In this document: positions 10,133 to 21,850 of the stretch, piece after piece | How positions within the stretch are numbered: the first letter of the stretch is position 1 | Layout of the letters: each line of letters starts with the position of its first letter | NCBI GenBank assembly: GCA_004022145.1 | Contig: RCNU01000004.1 | DNA: 23,763 nucleotides | Reading direction: 5' to 3' (one strand) | DNA from: Paecilomyces variotii | Lineage: Eukaryota | Program-made: the position numbers and the translations under genes | Notes under the pieces: model-generated | The model's input: the letters and a program-made list of their open reading frames with translations, nothing else | Database searches by the model: none | What the model was told of the DNA's origin: nothing

Positions 10133-10311
10133 TGTCATAGATGACAACCCAGACCTCCTTGGGTCACGTGACCGGAAGGTCACGTGACCCACCCAGTGTA
10201 CTTAGACTTCTCGGATCCTAGGATCTCTTCTGATCCTTAATAAGAATACCTTCGATAACTACATTATTGTATTCTTATTCTTTTTTATTAATTTTTTTTA
10301 TTATCTTATAA
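10133..10311 (+). repeat. Putative 5' LTR (end approximate)
   Basis: Begins TGTCA and contains two GGTCACGTGACC palindromes. It lies directly upstream of gag-pol. No second copy is present in the window to fix the end. Confidence 0.55.
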
Positions 10312-10460
10312 TTTAAAAGATTTTAAATTATTAAATAAACCTTTATACTTATACTATAAACTATAGAAAACCTTAATAAACTATAGTAATTTAAAGTAAA
10401 TAGTTAGAGATATATCTTTAAATAACTATATTTTTTAAAAGGCTATAGTTTTTTATAAAA

Positions 10461-10542
10461 AGACTATAAAAAACTAAAGTAATCTATAACTTACTATAGT
10501 TAGACTATAAAAAATTAAAGTAATCTATAACTTACTATAATT
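10461..10542. repeat. 41-bp tandem duplication in the retroelement leader
   Basis: AGACTATAAAAAACTAAAGTAATCTATAACTTACTATAGTT followed by AGACTATAAAAAATTAAAGTAATCTATAACTTACTATAATT (2 transitions). Confidence 0.9.
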
Positions 10543-10880
10543 ATAAATAATAAGATCTTACTATAATAATTTATATATAACTATAAGATTAAGTAAAATA
10601 ATTAACTCTTAACTTATAAATAATAGGAGAACTAGCCTTAATACTAAGAATTCTATAATATCTTTAAGTTATTAAAAATTAAATAGAGATTAATAAAACC
10701 CTTTATAAAATAATAATAATAAATAGTAATAATATAAAATATCTTTAATAATAATAGAAGTATAAGAGTAAACTTATATAAATATATTAATAAATAATAT
10801 AATAATAAGAATAATAAAATTATTTAAATACTTATAAGATATTTAATAAGAATTAGCTTTAAAGTAAAATAATAGCGCTT

Positions 10881-10985
10881 AATTATATATTTAATAGCTA
10901 TATATTTAGCAGTTATACTTTTAGTAACTATATATTTAGTAATTATATATTTAGTAGCTATAAACTTAATAGCTATAATTTAAGT
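10881..10985. repeat. 15-bp tandem repeat, ~7 copies, possibly a 5-aa repeat in the gag N-terminus
   Basis: Units AATTATATATTTAAT, AGCTATATATTTAGC, AGTTATACTTTTAGT, AACTATATATTTAGT, AATTATATATTTAGT, AGCTATAAACTTAAT, AGCTATAATTTAAGT. Confidence 0.8.
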
Positions 10986-11099
10986 AAGTAATAGCGCTTT
11001 AAATATAAATCTAAAAGCTTTAATAATAGCTAGAGACCTTAATCTAATAAGAATAAATATAGAGTATAATATAATTTAATAATAGTAGTAGTTAAAATT

Positions 11100-11952
11100 T
11101 AAAAGTTTTTATAACTTTAATTAATAAAAAGCTTAAACTTTAATATTTAAAGGCATTTAATAGTTTAATAGAAGAACTTAAATATTAGATTATAAAATTT
11201 AATAAATAGCTAGATAATAAAGCGCTATATAATATTAAAGAGTAAGCCTCTTATCTTTACTTATATATAAAGAGTAAGATAAAGAGATATTTAATAATAT
11301 TAAAGATTAATAATTTAAATAATTTAATATTCTAGAATTATATACTATTATACTATTAGTTACTAGACTATTATAAACTAGTAAACGCTAAGGTAATTAC
11401 TATATAAAGAATATTTAACCTTTAATAATATTTTAATTAACTACTTTAAGATTTTATTAATAAATTTAAAACTATTATAGTAGACTTAGATTAAAATAAT
11501 ATTACGCTAAATAATATATTTAGCTATAAGCTTATACCGCGTATTATCTATAAGATTTATTAAGAGTATTTTACTTACTAACTATATATATAGAATAAAA
11601 ATATATTACTTAATAAGTAGAGCTTTATATATAAAAAAGAAAATATTATATAAAATAATTACTTTAAGACTATTGCGGCTATTTTAATTTAAGTAAATCC
11701 TTTAATATATAAAGCTAATTACTTAATAGAGAAATAATAATAAAGAGTAAAGAGTAAGGATAAGACTATAAAAGACTACTTTAAATCTTCTAAGGAAATA
11801 AAAGATATAATCTATTAAATAAGGAATAGAAAAAACAGTATAATAAAGGCCTTTATTTAAAATATAATAAAAAAGGCTATTAAAAGAAGTAATACTTAAA
11901 GGCTTTTTAATTAGTAAAGGCTATAAATATAAAAAACTAAAGAGAAAACTAA
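11100..11952 (+). pseudogene. gag: RIP-degraded gag (start not determined)
   Basis: De-RIPed reading includes PEAFDGS..ELEHW, IFNLRQ, DFIDEFE...DLDWND and a Cx2Cx4Hx4C knuckle at 11854-11895 (TAT TTA AAA TAT AAT AAA AAA GGC TAT TAA AAG AAG TAA TAC). It ends GAA AAC TAA at 11944-11952. Confidence 0.8.
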
Positions 11953-13990
11953 CTTTAAAGGCCTACTCCCCTTAAAATAAGCTTAAATAATATACTAATA
12001 TAGTATTATTAACTTATTTAAGTATTATATAAATTTAAGTATTATTATCTTATATACTTATATTTAAGAAAATTAAAGTATTTATTTTAATCGTAGTACT
12101 ATTAGCTATAGAATATATTATAATATTAATAGTATTAATAAATAGTAATATAAATATAAACTATATTAATATAATAGTAATAGAATAAATTAAAGAAATC
12201 TGCTTAATATTAGGACTAGTTTTACTATTAAGTATATAAGATATTAATAATATAGAACTAGTAAAACTAATAAAGTATTACTTTAAACTATATTATATAA
12301 TTTTAAGTAAAGAAATAAAACTCTATATATTTAAAGTATTACTAATAGCATTTAATATAATTCTTAGCTTATTATAGTTAATATTAGAGAATCTATTAAT
12401 TAACTAGAATAAAAAAAATATCTTAAAGTAATTAGCTAAGTAATAAAAGCTTCTTAAAATAAATTATATAATAAAATTAAAAGAAGATATAGAGAATAAT
12501 ATTAAAGAGAGTTTTATATTTATATTTTATTTAGGCTTACTTATAATAGTAATAAACTTAAAAAATAAAAAAGACTTAGTAACTATTAAAATACTATAGT
12601 AATATATAGATTTAGCCTAAATATTTAATAAGAAAGAAGCTAATACCTACCTCTATAAAGACTAAATATTAATTATAAGATTAACCTTATTAAAGGTATA
12701 GTATTACTATATAGACCTTATTACTATTTATTAAAGTAAGATTTAAAATATAAATATATTTAGCTATTTAATATACTATATACTTTATTATTACTATTTA
12801 TACTTAAAAGGCTTAAAGTTTTATAGCTTTATATAGATTTTAGAGCTATTAATAAAAAAATACTTAAAAATAAATACTTAGTTTTAATAATAAATAATTT
12901 ATTTTTAAGGCTATAAAATACAGTTATTTTTACCTATTTAAACTTCTGCTTAGCGTATTACTTAATCTATATAATAGAAGAATATAAATAGAAAACTGCT
13001 TTTTATATAAAATATAGTTTATTTAAGTAATAAGTAATATTATTTAGTCTCTATAATACTCTAGTAATATTTTAAGTATTTATAGACTTAGTACTTAAAT
13101 AGTATATTAATAAATATTATATAATATATTTAGATAATATACTTATCTTTAGCTATAATATTAGTCTTTATACTTAGTATATAAGAGTAGTTCTTTAAAG
13201 CTTATTAAATAATAGTCTATTTTATAAATTAAAAAAATATAAATTCTCTATATTTAAAGTTATATTCTTAGAGTTTATAATTATATCTTAAAGAGTAATA
13301 ATAAATAAATAGTAAATAAATACTATTACTATTTAGCCTATATTAATATTAATAATAAGCTTAAGCTAATTCTTTAAGTTCTATAATTTTTATTATTAGT
13401 TTATTAAGTATTATAGTTAAATTACTTTTCTATTAACTTAACTTATAAAATATAATATATTATTTATATAAGAAGAAAAAGCTTAAATAAGCTTTTAAAT
13501 ATTTAAGAAATACTTTATAGAGATACTATTATTAAAATATTTTAACTTAAATAAATAGCGCTTATTAAAAATAAATATAAGCGGCTTTATTAAATTAATA
13601 ATATTAAGCTAAGTTTTTAAAGATAAAATATAATATCTTATTATATTTTATAATATTAAATTTATAAATATAAAGTTATATTAGCTAACTTATAAGTAAA
13701 AGTTATTTATTATTATTAATACCTTTAAGGTTTAAAGGTATTTTTTAATTAAAATAAATAAACTAGTTAAAATAATTATAAACTATAATAATTTAAAATA
13801 TTTCTTAATAATATAAATTTTATTTAAGAAATAAGTAAAATAAGTAAAATATCTTTTATAATTTTATTTCTATATTAAATATAAGCTTAAGAAGTATAAT
13901 TCTATTAATAGCTTATTATATTAAAATAATTATAAATCTTAATAAATACTAAAGAATATATTAATATAATTTTTAAAGATTAAAATAATA
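11950..13990 (+). pseudogene. pol: RIP-degraded pol: aspartic protease, reverse transcriptase, RNase H
   Basis: VLINSN (=ALIDSG) at 12132 and FNIILSLL*L (=FDVILGLPWL) at 12351. RT motifs LCVDFRAIN, WKTAF, VMPFGLCNAP and YLDN (=YLDD) at 13127-13138. RNase H motifs ETDASG (~13570), TDHNNLKYF and NPADGLSR (~13900). A 1-nt frameshift lies near 12650. Confidence 0.9.
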
Positions 13991-14890
13991 TAGTATATAA
14001 AGAGATACTATTATTTTAAAATATTATTATAAAAGCTATCTTTAAATTAAGAGTAAGAATAAGATATCTTCTTATAAGACTAAATAAAGCATAGTTATAT
14101 TTATTATAGTACTAGCGCGGGAAATAAGTTACTTAAGAAGATTTACTAGTTAATACTTACTTAATCTAAAAGAGTAAAGCTTAACTTTTTTAAATTATAT
14201 AAGGAACTATATAACCTTATAAAAGATATCTTTAATATATAGCTTAATCTAGATTTAAGCTTTTTAAGCTATATTTTATTTACTAAGCCTACTTATAATA
14301 GCTTATTTTAATTTAAATTAACTAAATAAAGATCTTATAACTAGTAATATAAATTTATATCTAGGCTTAATATATTAGTTAGCATAAAATAGCGAATACT
14401 TAGTTATCCTTATATATTTAGTAAGAGTAGTTCTTAGAAATAAAAGAATAACTTCTTCTTCTCTAAAGTTATCTCTAGTTTTAAAACCCTAGGTTTACTA
14501 TTAAATAATAGTATATTACTATTAATCTAAGGCCTTCTACTATTAATTTTAATATTTATATATTATCTTAAATTTTTATATTATTTTATATCTCTATTAA
14601 TATAGGACTTATTATAAGTCTCTGTAATTAGCATTAATTAGCTCTATTAATTATTATATTTTATTACCTCTTATTATTAATTATTATACTTAATTACCTC
14701 TTATTTATATTATTATTTTAGCTATATTTTCTATTAGAATTATATAGGTAATTGCTCTTACTAGTAGTTTATTAGCACAGAATTTATTATTAGGTCTTTA
14801 CTAGAGATAGTATTAAATACTTCTATTAGTTTTTATTAGTTTTTTTCTATTATTATTATTTTATTATTATATTCTTATTATAGTATTATT

Positions 14891-14952
14891 AGAATATAGC
14901 TTAGCCTAGCTAAGGCTAAGCTTAGCCTACCTAAAAAGCTCAGCCTACCTAA
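14891..14952 (+). repeat. Left TIR of the MULE-like element (heavily RIPed)
   Basis: Matches the reverse complement of ~21220-21281, mostly via C>T/G>A changes. Confidence 0.8.
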
Positions 14953-15099
14953 GAAAAATCTAGGTTTAGCTTAGATACTAAGTTAGTTTTAATATAGCGT
15001 TTAGATAGGCTTAATATATATATAGCTTATATAACTTATAATAAAATTTTTATATTATATTGCAGTAAACTATATTTATTAAAAACTATATATAATATA

Positions 15100-17050
15100 T
15101 ACTCTATACTATATTATAGTATATGCTAAGTATAAGTTAGAGTAATACTAGGATATATATAGGGAGCTAGAACTGATATTATTCTGCGCAGTTTACTAAG
15201 ACAGTATATATAAAGGCAGTTATTAAGCATATATTAAAGTAATATTAGAATCCTATTATATAAAAATTCATATTATTTATATTATTTTTAACCTCCTTAA
15301 TAATACCTTTACCTTATCTCTATAATATTACAGTCTATTCTCTTATATTACTGCTATATAATTATAAAAATACTGCTATATTTAAAGAAACTCCTTACCT
15401 GCAATATAGTTTTATTAGCAGATAATTTAACAAACTATAAATATTACTATAATAAGTATATCTCCGCTTAATATTAAATATATATTAAATAAAAATAGGC
15501 CTAGTTCTTAACCTAAATCTAATATAAATCTTAAATTTATATACTATAGCTAAGTAGGAAAATAAGAAATTTAATAAGTAGATATTATATATATACTAAA
15601 AGTATACTAAATATAAATAATGCCTGCAATTATTACTAAAAAAAATACTTATATACTAACTCTTAAATCTTCTATCTTAAATATAAATAGGAATATATAA
15701 GTCCTTTCTTTAAAATTAACTAAGTATATGCTAAGCTTTTATAGTTACTAAGTATAAGTAAATATAAATAGCTTACTTATATATAATAAGATTATTAATT
15801 TATAGCCTATTATAAGTTTAATATAAGTTCTATATATATATAATATACTAATAGTTAAAGTTATAATATTATATAAGAACTATATACCTAGTAAGCTAGG
15901 GGTAAGTATATTATTATCCTTAGCATATACTAAATATATATTAATCTATTATAGTATTAAACTATAATATAGAGACTAATAATATAACTATAGATAAGAA
16001 GATAATTAGGCTATAATAAGTTTAAGATCTATTTTATATATATTAGAGCTACGCTAATAATATATAATATACTAATTAAATATATTTTGCTTAGTAAGTA
16101 GTAAGATATTAATTTTATTTATAAACTATAGTAAGTCTTAAGTATATATAGAGCTTATATTAAGCTAATATTTCTTTTAGTACAGGAAGTATATTAATTA
16201 AAGATATTACTATATCTTATAAAAAAATAGCTTATATTAATAATAAGTTTAAAAATAGCTATAAAAGCTAGTTTTATTAGAAAATAAGTTTAGTATATAT
16301 TAATATATAAATAGAATCTATATGCTATCTTCTTTATTATTTATATTATTATTTATATTGCTATTTATATATAACTTATAACTCTTAGTAAGCTTTTTAA
16401 ATATATTTAATATATACCTAATATTAACTTTAATTAATCTTAGCCTTTATTCTAGTATTTTATACTTTTATTAACCCTATCTTATAAATATATAATAAAT
16501 ATACCCTTGCCTATATTATATATATACTAATCTTATATAGACTAAAAATATCTTATTACTATAAGATAATAATAATAGAAATAATAATAAGTAGTCTTCT
16601 AATTTATCTTATATATATGCTAAATTAAGTTATAATATAAGTCTTATCTTAACTTTATTAAAGCATAAATAGTCTATATCTTATAATAAATATATAAATA
16701 AATATATTACTAATAAAGAAATATTAACTAAATTAAAATATAGCTATACTTATAGTTATAACTATAGATATTCTTATAATACTAGTAGCTATAGTATTAA
16801 GTTTATTAATAAGTTCTTCCCTTCTATATATAGAGTATATGTTAAGTTTATATCTATAAGTTATAATCTCCTTTTTTAAGGATAAGTTTTTAGAGGCCTT
16901 AAATATATAGATATTTAAGCTTAGCTCTCCCCTAAGCATATACTTAATATTAAACTTTAGTTTAATGCTAAGCTCTTATATTTAAAGATTATTAATGCTA
17001 AACTTTAGTTTAATACTAAATTCTTATACTTAAAGATTATTTTTCTATAT
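15100..17050 (-). pseudogene. Second, unidentified RIP-degraded coding relic inside the MULE-like element (strand and bounds uncertain)
   Basis: A surviving 68-aa ORF at 16939-16733, codon-like periodicity, an acidic stretch after de-RIPing (~16420-16280), an intron-like minus-strand segment near 16075-16030 and an in-frame 48-bp repeat. Confidence 0.35.
16945..17040. repeat. 48-bp tandem duplication (16 codons)
   Basis: 16945-16992 and 16993-17040 differ only by transitions. Confidence 0.88.
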
Positions 17051-17099
17051 CTTTAAATAATTATAATATAATATTCTTTATTTTTTTATTTATTCTTAT

Positions 17100-20000
17100 T
17101 ATAGGGGAAAAAAAATATATATATATATATTTACTATATAACTATAGCTATATAGATATATATATTTATTATATAAACTGCTATAATAATCTTTCTCTTT
17201 CTTACTTAAATTCTTATTACCTTTACTTTATTATTTTTCTTAATTAAATAATAAAATTAGTCTCTACTATTTCTTTTAATAAGGGTCTTCTATTATAATA
17301 TATATAAGCTCTATTTTATCTAGAATCTATACTTAACTCCTAGATAATATATGCTAGATATAGAGTTAGTATATACTCTAGATTAAAACTAGCAGAGCTA
17401 TTTAAATCTAATAAAGAGGTTTAAACCCTTCTAGATATTAGGACAGTATTAAATTAAACCTAGTCTTAAATATAACTAAAACCTCTAGGTTTACCCTTTC
17501 CTTAACCTCTATTTAGTATATACTTTTTACTTAATCTGTATTAAGAAATATAATCTGAGTTTAATTCTTTAGAGCTTAGCTTAGTTTACTTAGTCCTAGA
17601 TTAAATCTAGCTCTAATAATAATTAGAACCTCTAGATTAACTCCTTTTTTAACCTTTATTTAGTATATACTCTATATTTAATCTATATTAAGAATAATAA
17701 TCTAAGTCTAATTTTTTAGAGCTTAGCTTAGTCTGCTTAATCTTAGATTAAACTTAGCTCTAATAATAACTAAAACCTCTAGATTAACCCCTTTCTTAAC
17801 CTTTACTTAATATATGCTCTATAGATATTTTATCTTTAGCCAGTATATATTTAGCAGAAGGTTTAAATAAGGATATTAAAATAATCTTAAAATTAGTATT
17901 TTTATCAGAAGATTAATTATTACTATTATCTAAAGGTATATTATAGAGATTATTAGGATTAAATAGTAAATAAGATTAATTTATTTAATAATTAGCAGCT
18001 CTTTAATTCTATTAGTCTAAAAGATATATTTAGTATATGTTTAAAGGTATATTAAACTTTTATCTTACTATTTCTCTATATCTATTAGGAAATCTATATA
18101 GTATTACTATAGTTTTATTATATATTATTAATACTATAGTTAAAAAGCTTTTATTATTTAATAATATCTTCTATATATTATTATAGACTAAATATAAATT
18201 AGCCTTATTAATATTTAATCTATGCTAGATAAATACTAAGTATATATTAAGTATAAATATACTATTAAATAGCCCCTAGTAAAGATAAGTTTCTCCCTAT
18301 ATTATAATTATCTTAGAAGTAATTATTTTTAAATAATCTAGTATGCTTTTAAATATAACTCTACTATTTAAAAGGGATTTTTAATATTTCCTATAATAAT
18401 ATAATAAAAATCTATAATTTTATTTTATTTTAAAGCTATTTTTTAGTATCTAGATATTCCTTATCTTATTAATATATAGTTTAAAGGATTTCTTAATAAA
18501 AATATAGATCCTATAGATATTTCAGTTAATAAATAAGAGAATAAGATCTTTTAAACTTCTTATAAAAATTGCGTTTAATATATATTTAGTAAAAGATAAG
18601 TATATACTTAAGATATTCTTACTAGTTAAGGGAAAGATAAATAAAATATAAATAATTACTAAAGCCTAAATATACTTAGCATATATTCTGTATTTATTAA
18701 GATAATACTAACTAAATGCTTATTTCTTATATATATTTATAGTAACAGTCTATATCTCTTCTTTATTTAAAATATATGCCTATTAAATATATTAATATAT
18801 AGCTTATAATAATGTTTAAAATAATAATTTAAATATTTAAAAATATATATAATAAGTTTATAGAGAGATAAAAGTATAGTAATAGATATTAATCCTTAAT
18901 ATAAAATTAATATATATTAAACACATAATAAGGAGAAGTCAAATATATGTCTAGCTTTAGAATTCTAGCTTAAGATTAAAAAGATATTTATATTTCTAAG
19001 TATTATCTTATAAGCTAAATCTATTTTAAGATATTTAGTTTTTATAAATACTTTTACTTAAGTATTTATATAATAAATAATAATATATTCTCTAGTTTTA
19101 CTAATATTAATTATATAAATTTATTATTTATTACTTTCTTTATATTAGTTAAACTTATACTCTTATATAACCCCTATATAGTATTAATATATATAAAATA
19201 TATAATAAGAATAGATTCTAACTAATAATATCTAAACTAAATAAATATTATAGAAGTTTTTATTTTTAAATTAAATAAGTAATTTTATCTTTAATATTAA
19301 AAGAAGCTCTAATTGAATTTAAAGCTTAACCTTAATACTTTTACTTAAATATATATATTTTAAGAGATATTAAGAATTTGTCTATAAATATCTAGTCAGT
19401 ATATATAAAATATAGGCTTAAGATATATATAATATATGCGCAGTTATAATAAAAATATCTCCTTAATTAATTAGATCTATAAGTTCTTAAATAAAATCTT
19501 AACTTAACTTAGTTAGTAATAGAGAAAAATATATATAATTTTCTTAATAAATAAGAAGAATAAAAAAAAATAATCTTAATTATAAGAAATAAAAATATTA
19601 ATTAAAATATTATATTCTTTATATAGGACTTTAGATATATTTTAAAGATAGTTGAATTCTAGACCTATAGTTAATATATGCCTAGTATATATAGAGCAAA
19701 TACCTATTATAAGTTATGCGCCTTAAAGTAATATAATTAATATAGGTATAAGTAAATTAAATAAAAGTATTAGTATTATATATCCTATAAGCTATTAAGG
19801 TATATAAATAAGGTATATAAATTTAAGCTATATATATAGAGATAGCTTATACAATATACTATAGTTTAAAATCACTTATTAATAAGCAATTAATAAAGGT
19901 AACTAATAGCTAAGAATATATTTAGCATATATTAAGATTAAATATAGAGTTAAACTTATTTTATACTATTTAAAGATTACTAGAGTTTAATTTAAATATA

Positions 20001-20900
20001 TCTATATTTTACTTTCTGAATAAAAATAATATCCTGCTAATTATTAATTCTAAAAATAAAGAAATTTATTATACTAATTTTTAATTTTTCTTTTAAAAAA
20101 TTTACTAGCAGAAATAGTATTAGATATATAGCTTACTTTTTTATAAAGTATTTTAAAGATATTTAGTTTAATATAGCTATATTTATAATATTGTCTAAAT
20201 ATATGCTCTAATATATACTTGCAATATTTAATGCTATTGCATTTATATGCCTAATAGTATATTTTATTTTAAATTTTATCCTTTTTATTCTTTTAAAGAA
20301 GTAGAAGAGATAAAGTCTTATAATTGCCTTAAGCATAAAGCCTAAACTAGATCTAAACTATATTTAGTATATACTTATAATATATTAAATATCTGCTTAA
20401 GATAAGGTATAGATATATCTTTAATAAAAGTTATTAAAATATTTAATAGATATTTATATTAAAATAATTATAAGATAAAAGATTCTTTTAATAAATAAAA
20501 TATAAGATATTATTAAAATAAATTGTTAGATATTTAGAAATAAATAATTTATCCTAAATATTATTAACTATAATCTTAGAGATACTACTATAGCTAATAA
20601 TAATGCCTATAAGAAAAATAGCCTCCTAGATATACTTAGCATATACTCTGCTAGAACTTATATAAAAAAAATATATTTAATTAAGTCTTATATAAAGAGG
20701 AAATTTAAGATATATCTTAAATTTTTTATCTTCACTTTTTATATAGGAATAGATATTACTTCAATTACTTATTATATCTTTAAACTAGTTTAGGTATATT
20801 TTATAAAGATTATAATTCTATATAAATTTGCTCTATAGTAAGTTAGCGTCTAATCTAAATATAATAAATACTAAATATATGTTTAATATCTACTAGGCCT
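17100..20900 (-). pseudogene. Multi-intron DDE transposase relic, Mutator-like (boundaries approximate)
   Basis: De-RIPed minus-strand motifs in order: PEYPTT (20538-20521), CNGIKHCEY (20241-20215), HTHFPPPPTK (19540-19508), EIDLAYKM (D at 19021-19019), VTVDMCKKQA (D at 18737-18735), intron 18712-18666, GFGDYL, LIFCQVHVKRNF (CxxH at 18591-18580), WLQNK..PWI, SKIPFEWW, KHTGLSESSH (E at 18330-18328), GRNLSLLGAI. Confidence 0.78.
17453..17823. repeat. 147-bp tandem repeat (~2.5 copies; 49 codons) in the probable transposase C-terminal tail
   Basis: The anchor ACCTCTAG occurs at 17481, 17628 and 17775. Confidence 0.88.
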
Positions 20901-21219
20901 CTATAAGAATTATATTAATATACCTAGATAAAAATATTATGCAGTTATTAACTGAGAATATTATTAACTTAGCTATTAGTTATAATTACTTAATTCTTAG
21001 CTATTTTTAGGTATTTAAAGAAAAAGTAATAATATTTAGCTTTATATTAGCTATTATATATATATATATTATAAATTCTAAAGAGTTTTATTATATAAAT
21101 ATTATTATTAATCCTTAAATAGGCTAATCTTATATTAATTATATAATCGGCTTATGCCGAGCTTATACTTAATCTGTGCATAAGATAGGTTAAGCTTAAC
21201 CTAGCTAAAGATAAGCTCT

Positions 21220-21281
21220 AGGGTAAGCTGAGCTCCTAGGGTGGGCTGAGCTTGGCCTCGGCTAGGCCGAGGTATATACCC
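21220..21281 (-). repeat. Right TIR of the MULE-like element (nearly un-RIPed), with an internal hairpin and GCTGAGC sub-repeats
   Basis: GGGTAAGCTGAGCTCCTAGGGTGGGCTGAGCTTGGCCTCGGCTAGGCCGAGGTATATACCC. Hairpin CCTCGGC-TAG-GCCGAGG at 21256-21272. Confidence 0.8.
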
Positions 21282-21850
21282 TAGTATTATTATCTTTATT
21301 AATAGTAACTATATTAAGGTATATAATATTAAATATAGTCTTATTAAGTACTAATAATAAAAGCTACTTAAGAGATTTCTTTAATATTTATTATAATTAA
21401 ACTAGCTTATTAAATTACTATCTTTTATTAGGTAAAGTTATTCTAGAGAAATTAATTTAATTATAAGATAGTTAATTTAATTAACTTTATAATATTATTT
21501 TATAAGAATATTAAGATAAATTTAGCTAAACTTAAGTTATCTTTATTTATATTAGTAGACTATCTCTTCCTATATATTAAAAAAAGATATATATAAAAGT
21601 TTTTATATCTATATAATTAAGTTATTAATTAATTAGCTTTTAATTATATAATAAAAAACTTTCTATATTTAACTATAATATTAGCTAAATTCTCTATATT
21701 TCTATATTAGTAGAGAGAAATACTTAGAAAAACCTATAATAAGCTAGTATAATTATTAGGAAAAGTATAGTAAGTATAAATATATATTCTATAAGCCCTA
21801 AGTATTATTAGCTCTTAAGAACTAGAGCATTAATTATTATTATTTAATAC
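21282..21850 (-). pseudogene. RIP-degraded coding relic interrupted by the MULE-like insertion (appears to continue at 14880 and below)
   Basis: A codon-like minus-strand frame reads plausibly across the TSD when the element is removed. No family recognised. Confidence 0.3.

Larger units (their letters stand above)
10133..14000 (+). mobile_element. Ty3/Gypsy LTR retrotransposon (chromovirus-like organisation), RIP-inactivated and 3'-truncated (no integrase or 3' LTR seen)
   Basis: LTR-like start TGTCATAG at 10133. De-RIPed gag, CCHC knuckle, protease, RT and RNase H motifs follow in Gypsy order. The 3' boundary is approximate. Confidence 0.9.
14891..21281 (-). mobile_element. Nested 6391-bp Mutator-like (MULE) DNA transposon with TIRs and a 10-bp TSD, RIP-inactivated
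   Basis: TSD TAGTATTATT at 14881-14890 and 21282-21291. Left end AGAATATAGCTTAGCCTAGCTAAGGCTAAGCTTAGCCTACC matches the reverse complement of the right end, GGGTATATACCTCGGCCTAGCCGAGGCCAAGCTCAGCCCACC. An internal DDE transposase relic is present. Confidence 0.85.

Noticed and set aside
10461-10985. Short direct repeats resembling a CRISPR-like array
   Set aside because: They are head-to-tail with no unique spacers, inside a eukaryotic retrotransposon.
17453-17823. 147-bp period equals the nucleosome core DNA length
   Set aside because: Only ~2.5 copies, and a multiple of 3 in a probable coding tail, so likely coincidence.
21256-21285. Helitron-like 3' end: GC hairpin followed 8 nt later by CTAG|T
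   Set aside because: The hairpin is part of a TIR mirrored at 14899-14915, and the CTAG straddles the element end and the 10-bp TSD. The internal protein is DDE-type, with no Rep/helicase motifs seen.
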